Below, in pieces: positions 1 to 7,752 of a stretch of 64,000 nt of DNA. The translations under genes and the position numbers were made by a program. Numbering within the stretch: position 1 is the first letter of the stretch; every line of letters begins with the position of its first letter. The stretch is from a virus: IMG/VR virus record IMGVR_UViG_3300028898_000109, positions 1 through 64,000 of that record. One strand, written 5' to 3'. The notes beneath the pieces were generated by a model. The model saw only the letters and a list, made by a program, of their open reading frames with translations, was not told the DNA's origin and searched no databases.

Positions 1-13
1 ATCGTACAATACA

Positions 14-973
14 ATGGACAAAGCGTTATCTGTATTTATTGATAATGTTAGAACAATGAGAGAGACTGTTACTCAAAGCTTCTTCTATGACCAATTGTTT
101 CCTCCCATTGCTCGCGCTTACGGATTTAGAAAAACAACTAAAAATGAATTAGACAATCGTATACGTATTATTCGCCCAGAAGAAAAACAAGATCCTCAAA
201 AGGTTATTAGCGATTTAAGATTAGTAGGAAAAACAGAAGGTCAGAATATTCCAAGATCTGAGTTAATGCTACCTAAAATTCACTGGTCTAAACAATTGAA
301 GCCCGAAGCGGATCAAAGCTACTTAGAAATATTAAAAACAGTAAAAGAAGAAGGTGTACCTATTCCTTTACGTATGTGGACTGCTGCCGGGGGCATTGAC
401 CTTCAATCATGGGCTGATATGATGGCGGAGGATGGAGACATTCGCTCCCAAATTCAAGAGTGGAAACAGTCAGTAGGATCTTCAGACGAGCAAGTGTTCG
501 CACATAAAACTGTTAAAGTGTTGGCTTCTGCCAAGGCCAAGTTTGTTAAATCCTTACCTTTATGGGGTACTAAGCATTCTTTTATTGGTTTAAGAAGAAG
601 TGAAGCTGAAGAGTTCCTTAAAGCTATGTTAGATAAGCAAGAAGTTTTACATAATTTAAAAGATATTGAGTACGTTGACAATTTAATAAAATCTTGGTTT
701 CAGAATACCTATAAAGTGAGAGCTATGCGTTTCATTATGCGCAGATTAAATTTGACTGAGTTTCCTTTGGAGGAGTCAACAGTTCAAGCTGCTGTAGGAC
801 AAATGGAAAAGCACCTAGATAAGTCTAAGCTGGCAAGAGAGTTGACAGTTATAAGAAAACAACAAAGCACTAAGCCTAAAAATTTAACAGATGCGGAGCT
901 TTCTACCATAGCTAAGAAATTGGGAGCTGATTTCTCAAATATGGGCAATCGTTTATACTCGGGGTTAACCTAA
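14..973 (+). CDS. hypothetical protein (frame stays open to the window edge, may be 5'-truncated)
   Basis: 319-codon ORF, only long ORF at this locus; no in-frame stop between base 2 and the ATG at 14; no nameable motif. Confidence 0.55.
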   Translation: MDKALSVFIDNVRTMRETVTQSFFYDQLFPPIARAYGFRKTTKNELDNRIRIIRPEEKQDPQKVISDLRLVGKTEGQNIPRSELMLPKIHWSKQLKPEADQSYLEILKTVKEEGVPIPLRMWTAAGGIDLQSWADMMAEDGDIRSQIQEWKQSVGSSDEQVFAHKTVKVLASAKAKFVKSLPLWGTKHSFIGLRRSEAEEFLKAMLDKQEVLHNLKDIEYVDNLIKSWFQNTYKVRAMRFIMRRLNLTEFPLEESTVQAAVGQMEKHLDKSKLARELTVIRKQQSTKPKNLTDAELSTIAKKLGADFSNMGNRLYSGLT

Positions 974-1557
974 TGGATGCACCACAAAAATCATACACTA
1001 GAAATATCTATGTATCTGATGCCTTACTTGCAGAGGTGACTGTGTTCGCCGCGAATATCTTTGATTCCTACTATTCCATCCCTTTAGATTTTATACAGAA
1101 TTTAATTAAGGATTGGGAATCTAAAGTTACGGCAGACGATCTCATAACTTGTCAAAGTAATTCGGGTCAAAGCATAGATGGAATTATTACGTACAAAACA
1201 TCCCTAAAAGAGATTACCCTTTTTATTTTAGGAAAGCCAGTAATTCAGGATTCAAAGTGGTCTTCCCTTTTAACGAAAGCTAAAAGCTTGACTGAATTTC
1301 CCTCCGTATGTTTTCCTATTACGGATAAGCTAGTATTTGCACTTTGCGAAGTTTTGTCAGTTCCGAACAAAGCACTCATATATAAAGCGTTGACTCATTT
1401 GTTTGAGCCTTCTTATTTCGAGGAGTCTTGCTACAAGATTTTAATGTCCGCCAAAGATATAGAAGTACAAAAAGACTTAGAAATAAACCCTTATGTTATT
1501 TTTGAAGACAATTATCATTATTTAAAAGAAACTTTATCAGGAGATCAGACATGTTAA
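973..1557 (+). CDS. hypothetical protein
   Basis: 194-codon ORF; TAATG stop/start overlap with upstream gene. Confidence 0.55.
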   Translation: MDAPQKSYTRNIYVSDALLAEVTVFAANIFDSYYSIPLDFIQNLIKDWESKVTADDLITCQSNSGQSIDGIITYKTSLKEITLFILGKPVIQDSKWSSLLTKAKSLTEFPSVCFPITDKLVFALCEVLSVPNKALIYKALTHLFEPSYFEESCYKILMSAKDIEVQKDLEINPYVIFEDNYHYLKETLSGDQTC

Positions 1558-2204
1558 GTATTTCAAACACCTCTTCAAACTTGGCCTTTTTGCAATTTAA
1601 AAATGGTTCCGCATCGTACTCTCGTGTTATTAAACCCGGCTCAACTTTGCCTATTAAGGAGTATGAGGAACAATATTTGGACCTGCAAAATTTAGCTCCT
1701 GGTCTTACAGTTAAGAAGTACAACATTGTAATTAATACGTCTTACATTGACGTGGTTAACAGCAATAACTTTGCAGTGTTTCTAAAATTTGATAAATCCC
1801 CTACTCAATCTTTTAGCCGTAAGTTATTTAGGCAGACCAAGTGTACGTTAAGCCCGGAAGAGTACAGTATGCTCAATAAAAATCTTCCCTCAGGAGTTTA
1901 TATTGATGTTGTAGATTCTAAGCCTTTAGTGGGTGCTAAAAAAGAAGTAATAACTCCAGAGCCTATTGACGTTACAGTAGACGAAGAAATAGTAGAGGAG
2001 TCTGCTCAGGAAACACAAGAGATTCCAACTTTAAGTATTTCTGAGTCTAGAAAAATATTGGCCCAACAAAATGCTAAGTCAAAAAATCCTTGGGGGGAAG
2101 CTGATAAGCCAATCTTTGTAAGTGGTGATTTATCTAAAGGCAAAGGAGTCCTTGCTGATTTAACCGAGGAAGAGCTTGAAGCTTTAACGTCTCCTGACAA
2201 TTAA
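1551..2204 (+). CDS. hypothetical protein with acidic C-terminal half
   Basis: 217-codon ORF, 7-nt overlap with upstream gene. Confidence 0.55.
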   Translation: MLSISNTSSNLAFLQFKNGSASYSRVIKPGSTLPIKEYEEQYLDLQNLAPGLTVKKYNIVINTSYIDVVNSNNFAVFLKFDKSPTQSFSRKLFRQTKCTLSPEEYSMLNKNLPSGVYIDVVDSKPLVGAKKEVITPEPIDVTVDEEIVEESAQETQEIPTLSISESRKILAQQNAKSKNPWGEADKPIFVSGDLSKGKGVLADLTEEELEALTSPDN

Positions 2205-2244
2205 TAGTTAACATTAGAAAACATATACGGTAAAAGGGCGAGTA

Positions 2245-2628
2245 ATGAATGAGATACCAACTTTACCTCAGCTTATCGGCTGGGTAGCTGGCGGTGGTTT
2301 ATCTATTCTAATTTTAATAATTGGTGTTAAGGTTATTTGGGATAGATTTTCAGACTTGTACAAGAAACAACAGGATTCTATCCTTACTCGTTTAGACTCT
2401 TTTGGGGACTCTATTGCCCACTTGAGATCAGCAGTTGAACTATTGTCTCTTAATTTTGAAAATCAAACTAAGAACTCTGACGAGTTGAAAAAGGACTTAA
2501 GAGATCTTGAGTCAACTGTGCAAGAACAGCATGAAAAGGTACTTAACGCTGAGTTATTCGGGAAGGTCAATAAAAAAGATATTGAGCGTCTGGAAACCCG
2601 CATTGAACGCATTTTAAGCAAGAACTAG
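2245..2628 (+). CDS. membrane-anchored coiled-coil protein
   Basis: N-terminal hydrophobic helix LIGWVAGGGLSILILIIGVKVIW followed by charged heptad-like sequence. Confidence 0.55.
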   Translation: MNEIPTLPQLIGWVAGGGLSILILIIGVKVIWDRFSDLYKKQQDSILTRLDSFGDSIAHLRSAVELLSLNFENQTKNSDELKKDLRDLESTVQEQHEKVLNAELFGKVNKKDIERLETRIERILSKN

Positions 2629-2637
2629 GAGAAAAAT

Positions 2638-3408
2638 ATGGAATGGAATGATAAATTACCAGGTGGGTTAGCTGATAAAAAGAACCCTAAAGACTTTGAC
2701 TCTGAAAAATTGAAAGAAGGGATCAAAATTGAGCTGGAGCATACTGACGACCCTGAAATAGCAAAAGAAATATCAATGGATCATTTGACAGAAGATCCAG
2801 ACTATTACAAAAAGCTGAAGACTATCGAGAGCGCAGTTATTGTGGAAGATAAAGTCGTTGCTCGTAAAGTTGAAGAGTTTCTAATGCTTCAAAAAGAACT
2901 AAATAAGCAAATTGAAAAAATGGAGCTTATAACCAAAAAGCAAGAAGGTCTTAAAAATTATATTGAAGAAAAACTAGGCAAAGAGTTATACGACAGAGCT
3001 GGAGAAGCCCAAGAGTTACTAGTTAAAATTAAAACCAAGACTATAAAATTAAAAATGCAGGATTATGGAAAGACCGCGTATAAACCTATAATTGAAAAAT
3101 TATATGACAAGGTTAACAAGGATATGAAAGCTTTAATTACTAAGATGATTAAAGCTAACACAAGTGAGATTGAAAAATTGACTATAAAAGAATTAAAATC
3201 CTCAGTCGAATTGACCGCTGGAGCTTTAGCATTCCTAAATAAGATTTGGGAAAAAGTTAAAAGCGTGTTTACTACTCTTTATGAAGACTTCATTGACTTG
3301 ATTCACGACGCATCTGAATTGAATAAAGTACTCGATGAGGTTGAGGATTCACAAGTTGTATCCTCATTACGTTTAGGGCAAACTGTAATTATTGGCAAAA
3401 GAAACTAA
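2638..3408 (+). CDS. DUF5661-like N-terminal domain plus coiled-coil protein; C-terminus ends SSLRLGQTVIIGKRN
   Basis: GGLADKKNPKDFD..IELEHTDDPEIAKEISMDHLTEDPDYYKKL matches my memory of the DUF5661 signature; AGGAG 6 nt upstream of ATG. Confidence 0.5.
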   Translation: MEWNDKLPGGLADKKNPKDFDSEKLKEGIKIELEHTDDPEIAKEISMDHLTEDPDYYKKLKTIESAVIVEDKVVARKVEEFLMLQKELNKQIEKMELITKKQEGLKNYIEEKLGKELYDRAGEAQELLVKIKTKTIKLKMQDYGKTAYKPIIEKLYDKVNKDMKALITKMIKANTSEIEKLTIKELKSSVELTAGALAFLNKIWEKVKSVFTTLYEDFIDLIHDASELNKVLDEVEDSQVVSSLRLGQTVIIGKRN

Positions 3409-3417
3409 GGAGATTAC

Positions 3418-4179
3418 ATGTTCAATATATTAACTGGTAGAGACTCAGAAAAAAAGACTTTTGTTAAATCTGACGTTTGCATCGCTTATCAAACACTAGA
3501 AGGTAAAAAAGAATCTTACACTAGTGGGGTTAAAGGTACTGATACTTATAAGCAAGTTCTTGCCTTTGCTAATCATCAATATAAAGACATTGATATTAGT
3601 TGGCTACCAGCAGCTGCTGAAACTTATCAGATCTCCGCTGATATTAGAGATTACGTTATTACTGACGTACCCGCCGTAACCGTGGATATACCCAACCGCA
3701 ACTTGCAAGCATTCCCTTTCGAGGAGATCTCATACTTCGATAGACAGTTTGGTAAAATGATCTACAAAACTTTTATTGGTAAGCCTAGTTGTAAAGATCA
3801 TGATAATGATACTGACGAAAATCCTGACAGAGCTAAGGGTGTAATTTTTCATTCATCTTTGCAGTACATTCCTGAATATGGCATTTATAAAATTCGTTTA
3901 CTACAAGGGTGGGACAGGACCAAAGACGAAAAACTATGCCATGATATTTTATCAGGTAAAAGACCCTACTATTCTATGGGGGCTCTGGCTTCTAGTTTTC
4001 TCTGCCCTATTTGTGGTCAAATTAAAAACTCACAAAGACCTTGCCCTTGTTCTGCACAAGGTAATGGTTCTGAGTATATGGGACACCTACAATATTCCCT
4101 TTGCATCGGCGTAAATTTTATTGAAAATTCAAACGTAGAGGAACCCGCTGATTTTGCCGCCGAAGGTAAAATAATGTAA
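3418..4179 (+). CDS. candidate prohead maturation protease (S78 / HK97 gp4-like layout)
   Basis: CKDH, then AKGVIF, then DRTKDEKLCHDILSGKRPYYSMGA resembles the His ... Ser-x-Gly layout of S78 prohead proteases; AGGAG RBS; sits in head module; C-terminal CPICG/CPC cysteine cluster is extra. Confidence 0.35.
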   Translation: MFNILTGRDSEKKTFVKSDVCIAYQTLEGKKESYTSGVKGTDTYKQVLAFANHQYKDIDISWLPAAAETYQISADIRDYVITDVPAVTVDIPNRNLQAFPFEEISYFDRQFGKMIYKTFIGKPSCKDHDNDTDENPDRAKGVIFHSSLQYIPEYGIYKIRLLQGWDRTKDEKLCHDILSGKRPYYSMGALASSFLCPICGQIKNSQRPCPCSAQGNGSEYMGHLQYSLCIGVNFIENSNVEEPADFAAEGKIM

Positions 4180-4625
4180 TGGATCTATCTAAACTAAAAA
4201 TAGGACAATCCTTACTATTAGCTGCTAAATTGCCTAGCGTTAGCAAAGCAAAAGCCTTGTCGTCCAAGCTAGCTAAGGCTGCGCAGGAAGTTTATGACGA
4301 TTGGTCGCAGGATGAAAAAGGCTACGATTCCGAAGTAGGTTATGGCGGAATTTGCCATTTAATAGTTGATAAGATGCTACCTATTTTAGACAAAGCAGGC
4401 ATAGAGTGTTCATCGGTAAGCTCTAGTCATGAGCAACATGTGTATATTGCTGCTAAGTTTTCCGAAGGTGTTTTTACCATTGACGTTCCTCATAGTATCT
4501 ATGAAAAAGGTGGTGGTTTTACTTGGAAGAAAATACCTGGTATTAAATTTGATTCCAGTGACATTGTTTTTCGTAAAGTAGACTCTGATCCTGAGTCCTT
4601 TGAAAGCTATATTGAGCCTTACTAA
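4179..4625 (+). CDS. leader-tagged protein LT1 (MDLSKLKIGQSLLL...)
   Basis: 148-codon ORF, TAATG overlap with candidate protease gene; N-terminal shared tag; rest unrecognised. Confidence 0.6.
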   Translation: MDLSKLKIGQSLLLAAKLPSVSKAKALSSKLAKAAQEVYDDWSQDEKGYDSEVGYGGICHLIVDKMLPILDKAGIECSSVSSSHEQHVYIAAKFSEGVFTIDVPHSIYEKGGGFTWKKIPGIKFDSSDIVFRKVDSDPESFESYIEPY

Positions 4626-5040
4626 CATTAATGTAAATATACTTATACGCTTATTCTAAAGGGTGCAATTCGTATGGAAAAGATACAAAAACAAGAAATT
4701 TTAGACTTGGAATATATTTATTTATTCTCCTTATATTCCTTTGGTAGTGACTAATCATAAGTTAGGCGGCTTACGATATTACTTTTGTAGATTTAATGTT
4801 AAAATAAAGTACTTTATCTACAAAAAATTTAATATCTGGTTATTCGATTTTTCAAAAGAAGATGCGTAAGTGTGGCCTGTAATCATAGAAGACGTAGAAG
4901 ATTAAAACCTTATGGTATGAGAGCAGGCAAGAGCTGGTGTATTTCATGTGATAGATTTTTCGGTCCAGACCATGTAGACATATCACCTAAGAGAGAACGG
5001 CAAAAAGGAAAAAGAGATTCTATAGAGCTAAGGATGTACT

Positions 5041-5706
5041 ATGAATATTATCGGTGACATTGGCGGGCAGTTTGATAGCCTGCTTCGTTTAGTAGAAAAA
5101 ATGCCCAAAGATGAGATTTTACTAGTTGGTGATTTAATGGATAGAGGTCCTAAATCTCGACAGGTTATAGAATGGGCAATTGCAAATAACATCAAAGCTC
5201 TTCGTGGTAATCATGAAGATATGATGATAGATTTTTATAAAAATGGAATTAGCTACCGGGCTAAATACTCCAATGGACCTGGCGACCACGCTTGGCTGTA
5301 CAATGGTGGAAAACAAACACTTGAGTCCTATGATGCCATTGTTATGGGGAAAATAAAAAGAGAAAAAATCCCAAAAGAACATATTGACTGGCTAGAGTCT
5401 TTACCCTTGTACTATGAGACCTATGATTTTGTTGTCACTCATGGATCTATCAATGGGGACCTGTTTGACTGGAAAATTGCGTTGAATGATGACGGTCTAT
5501 ACGAGCATGGCAATCACATATTATGGAGCAGACAATTCCCTAGTCGTAGGTCTAAACTTCAATTATTTGGGCATAATGCTCATTGGGGTTCAAAAGAATT
5601 TACGGATGAAAGAGGCGTCTACGCAATATGTTTAGACAATAGTAAGTCCAAAGTTTTAACAGGCATAAGCCTTCCTTCACAACAAATATATCAAGAAGCA
5701 TTCTAG
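5041..5706 (+). CDS. PPP-family (lambda phosphatase / ApaH-like) metallophosphatase
   Basis: GDIGGQ, GDLMDRG and GNHE motifs in canonical order and spacing; first motif has Gly where GDxHG His is expected. Confidence 0.8.
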   Translation: MNIIGDIGGQFDSLLRLVEKMPKDEILLVGDLMDRGPKSRQVIEWAIANNIKALRGNHEDMMIDFYKNGISYRAKYSNGPGDHAWLYNGGKQTLESYDAIVMGKIKREKIPKEHIDWLESLPLYYETYDFVVTHGSINGDLFDWKIALNDDGLYEHGNHILWSRQFPSRRSKLQLFGHNAHWGSKEFTDERGVYAICLDNSKSKVLTGISLPSQQIYQEAF

Positions 5707-5717
5707 GAGTAAGTATT

Positions 5718-6197
5718 ATGAGACCCAATATACTAATGGTAAAATCAAGCCTTTCTGTGTGTCTGGTTACTTTTGTAGGTCTTTTTACTATAGATGGTGA
5801 GCAGTACAGCTTAGAAGAAATCAAGAAAAAATGGCCAGACGGAGTAGTAGTTAAAGGTGATTTAAACTTGTCAGGATTAGGTCTAACCAAACTTCCTTTT
5901 AAAATTAAAAGTGTTGGAGGAAATTTTTATTGCTGTAATAATAACATGGCATCCTTACAAGACGGACCAGAAGAGGTCGGCGGGGATTTCAACTGTTTTG
6001 AGTCTAACTTACTCTCCTTAGAGGGAGCACCCAAGTCAGTCGGTGGAAGCTTTATATGCTCCTACAATAACTTAACCTCGCTCAAATGGGCACCGCAAAA
6101 GGTTGGTTATTATTTTAATTGTTCAGAAAACAAAAAGAAATTCACCGAAAAAGAAGTTAGAGCTGTATGCGAAGTCAGCACTCACATATTCGTTTAA
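5718..6197 (+). CDS. LRR-like ~22-residue repeat protein with hydrophobic N-terminus
   Basis: repeats of form SL.G.P..VGG.F.C..N.LT; N-terminus SSLSVCLVTFVGLF; paralog of 6502..7110. Confidence 0.65.
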   Translation: MRPNILMVKSSLSVCLVTFVGLFTIDGEQYSLEEIKKKWPDGVVVKGDLNLSGLGLTKLPFKIKSVGGNFYCCNNNMASLQDGPEEVGGDFNCFESNLLSLEGAPKSVGGSFICSYNNLTSLKWAPQKVGYYFNCSENKKKFTEKEVRAVCEVSTHIFV

Positions 6198-6218
6198 TAT
6201 AACAGAGGAGTTCTATGT

Positions 6219-6515
6219 ATGAATTTAAGTAACCTAAAGATAGGCCAAACTAAATTAATAGGAAAGACTGACTCTAACTTTGACTCGGTTTATATATCTC
6301 CGTCCCAGACAAAAATGATGGCTAAGCCAAGCAAAGGTAGAGACTACTTTTCTTGTGAGATTTGCGATAAGAATATTTCTACCTCGTATGTACTGGATCA
6401 TCTAAAAACACACACCAAAGAAGAAATAGAAAAGCATGACTACGATCTTATATTTAGACCTAAATTACCAAATGACTTATTCTTTAAAGTGAAAAAATTC
6501 TATGAATCTCTCTAA
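6219..6515 (+). CDS. leader-tagged protein LT2 with C2H2-like zinc finger
   Basis: MNLSNLKIGQT tag; FSCEICDKNISTSYVLDHLKTH (CxxC ... HxxxH). Confidence 0.6.
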   Translation: MNLSNLKIGQTKLIGKTDSNFDSVYISPSQTKMMAKPSKGRDYFSCEICDKNISTSYVLDHLKTHTKEEIEKHDYDLIFRPKLPNDLFFKVKKFYESL

Positions 6516-7110
6516 TCTTAAAGTAGGCCAAACTTTTCTTGTTAAGACTCCCAGTTATAAGTCTACGTTAGAAACCGCCAATACAAACAAACCACCTGTC
6601 TTTAAGCTAGATGGAAAAGTCTATACATTGAATGAAATTAAAGATAAATGGCCTAATGGAGTAGAAGTTAAAGGAGATCTTGACTTAGCAGACCTAGGAT
6701 TAGGTAGCCTACCTTTCAAAATTAAAAGTATAGGTGGTGATTTCTACTGTATGAGAAACAAGTTAACTTCTTTGAATGGTGGTCCCGATTTTGTAGGTGG
6801 GGATTTTTATCTTTTTAACAATAATCTGACTTCCCTTTCAGGATCTCCTAAAATTGTTAAAGGATCTTTTTTATGTTCTGATAATAAGCTAACTTCCCTA
6901 AAAGGTGGGCCTAAGGAAGTAGGTGGAGATTTTGGATGTTTCAAAAATAACCTAACTTCTTTAGAGGGAGCACCTCAAAAAGTTGGAGGAAATTTTTATT
7001 GTCATACTAACAAGAAAAATTTCACAGTACTCGAAGTAAAATCTGCCTGCAAAGTTAAAGGTAGAATAATAGTTAAATCTAATTCGGGAATGAAACATGA
7101 ATCTCTCTAA
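6502..7110 (+). CDS. leader-tagged protein LT3, LRR-like repeats
   Basis: MNLSNLKVGQT tag; five to six repeats LTSL.G.P..VGGDF.C..N; 14-nt overlap with upstream gene. Confidence 0.7.
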   Translation: MNLSNLKVGQTFLVKTPSYKSTLETANTNKPPVFKLDGKVYTLNEIKDKWPNGVEVKGDLDLADLGLGSLPFKIKSIGGDFYCMRNKLTSLNGGPDFVGGDFYLFNNNLTSLSGSPKIVKGSFLCSDNKLTSLKGGPKEVGGDFGCFKNNLTSLEGAPQKVGGNFYCHTNKKNFTVLEVKSACKVKGRIIVKSNSGMKHESL

Positions 7111-7723
7111 CCTTAAATTAGGTCATAGCATTATAGCACTTCCTTTGCTATATCATGGATCACCAAAGAGAGGGATTAAAAAATTCGATATGTCTATTAG
7201 GAGATTTGATAGTCCTACTGAGGGAGCAGGAATCTACCTAACTACCTCCTATAAAATGGCTCGTGACTATGCTGGCTCTAGTGGTTCAATATATGTTTGT
7301 TCCCTTAAGTCCGGTAATATTTTTGATGCAACAACTAAGTCTGGTACTTCTTGGATAATGGAAACAATTTCATCTGTATTTAAGGAACACAAAATTTCTT
7401 TAGATAAAATCTCTAAAAATCACTTAGTGGACGAAGTATCTGATATAATTTCCGGTAGAGGATCGGCCACTAATGCCTTTGCAAATGTAAGAAATATCCT
7501 TCTTAATGAGGAATCCTTTGTTACACTGGAAAATTATGAAGAGATACTGGATTCTATACAAACAGATTTTGATCTATACTATGAAAAACACCCAATTGTA
7601 AAATATAAGGATAAATCCCTCGACAACGGGAAGGCTACTATTTATGTTGTCAAGGATCCTAATGTTGTTCATATAGAAAATGAGATAGTTGTAGGATCTG
7701 AAGACGAAATTAAATTTTTGTAA
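7097..7723 (+). CDS. leader-tagged protein LT4, possible ADP-ribosyltransferase fold (PARP / polyvalent-protein ART-like)
   Basis: MNLSNLKLGHS tag; LYHGS (res 18-22) then GAGIYLTTSYKMARDY (res 43-58), reminiscent of H-Y-E class ART motifs; possible catalytic Glu in IENEIVV near the C-terminus. Confidence 0.45.
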   Translation: MNLSNLKLGHSIIALPLLYHGSPKRGIKKFDMSIRRFDSPTEGAGIYLTTSYKMARDYAGSSGSIYVCSLKSGNIFDATTKSGTSWIMETISSVFKEHKISLDKISKNHLVDEVSDIISGRGSATNAFANVRNILLNEESFVTLENYEEILDSIQTDFDLYYEKHPIVKYKDKSLDNGKATIYVVKDPNVVHIENEIVVGSEDEIKFL

Positions 7724-7752
7724 AAATATAACAGTATTTAGAGGAGTGTATT

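Noticed and set aside
1-13. Motif CGTACAAT seen at bases 3..10, 11712..11719 and 39190..39197, and TTGTAAAATA before the starts at 16768 and 27768, as possible phage promoters
   Set aside because: There are too few copies, their spacing to start codons is inconsistent, and one copy lies inside or antisense to coding sequence. They cannot be separated from chance in AT-rich DNA without a motif search.
4872-5057. 61-aa Arg-rich ORF with a GTG start upstream of the phosphatase gene
   Set aside because: It has no convincing RBS and an odd composition (RRRRR), and it overlaps the RBS and start of 5041..5706. The surrounding 240-nt gap looks regulatory instead, with a 10-bp inverted repeat (TTTTGTAGAT at 4783..4792 and ATCTACAAAA at 4816..4825). 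I left it uncalled rather than excluded.
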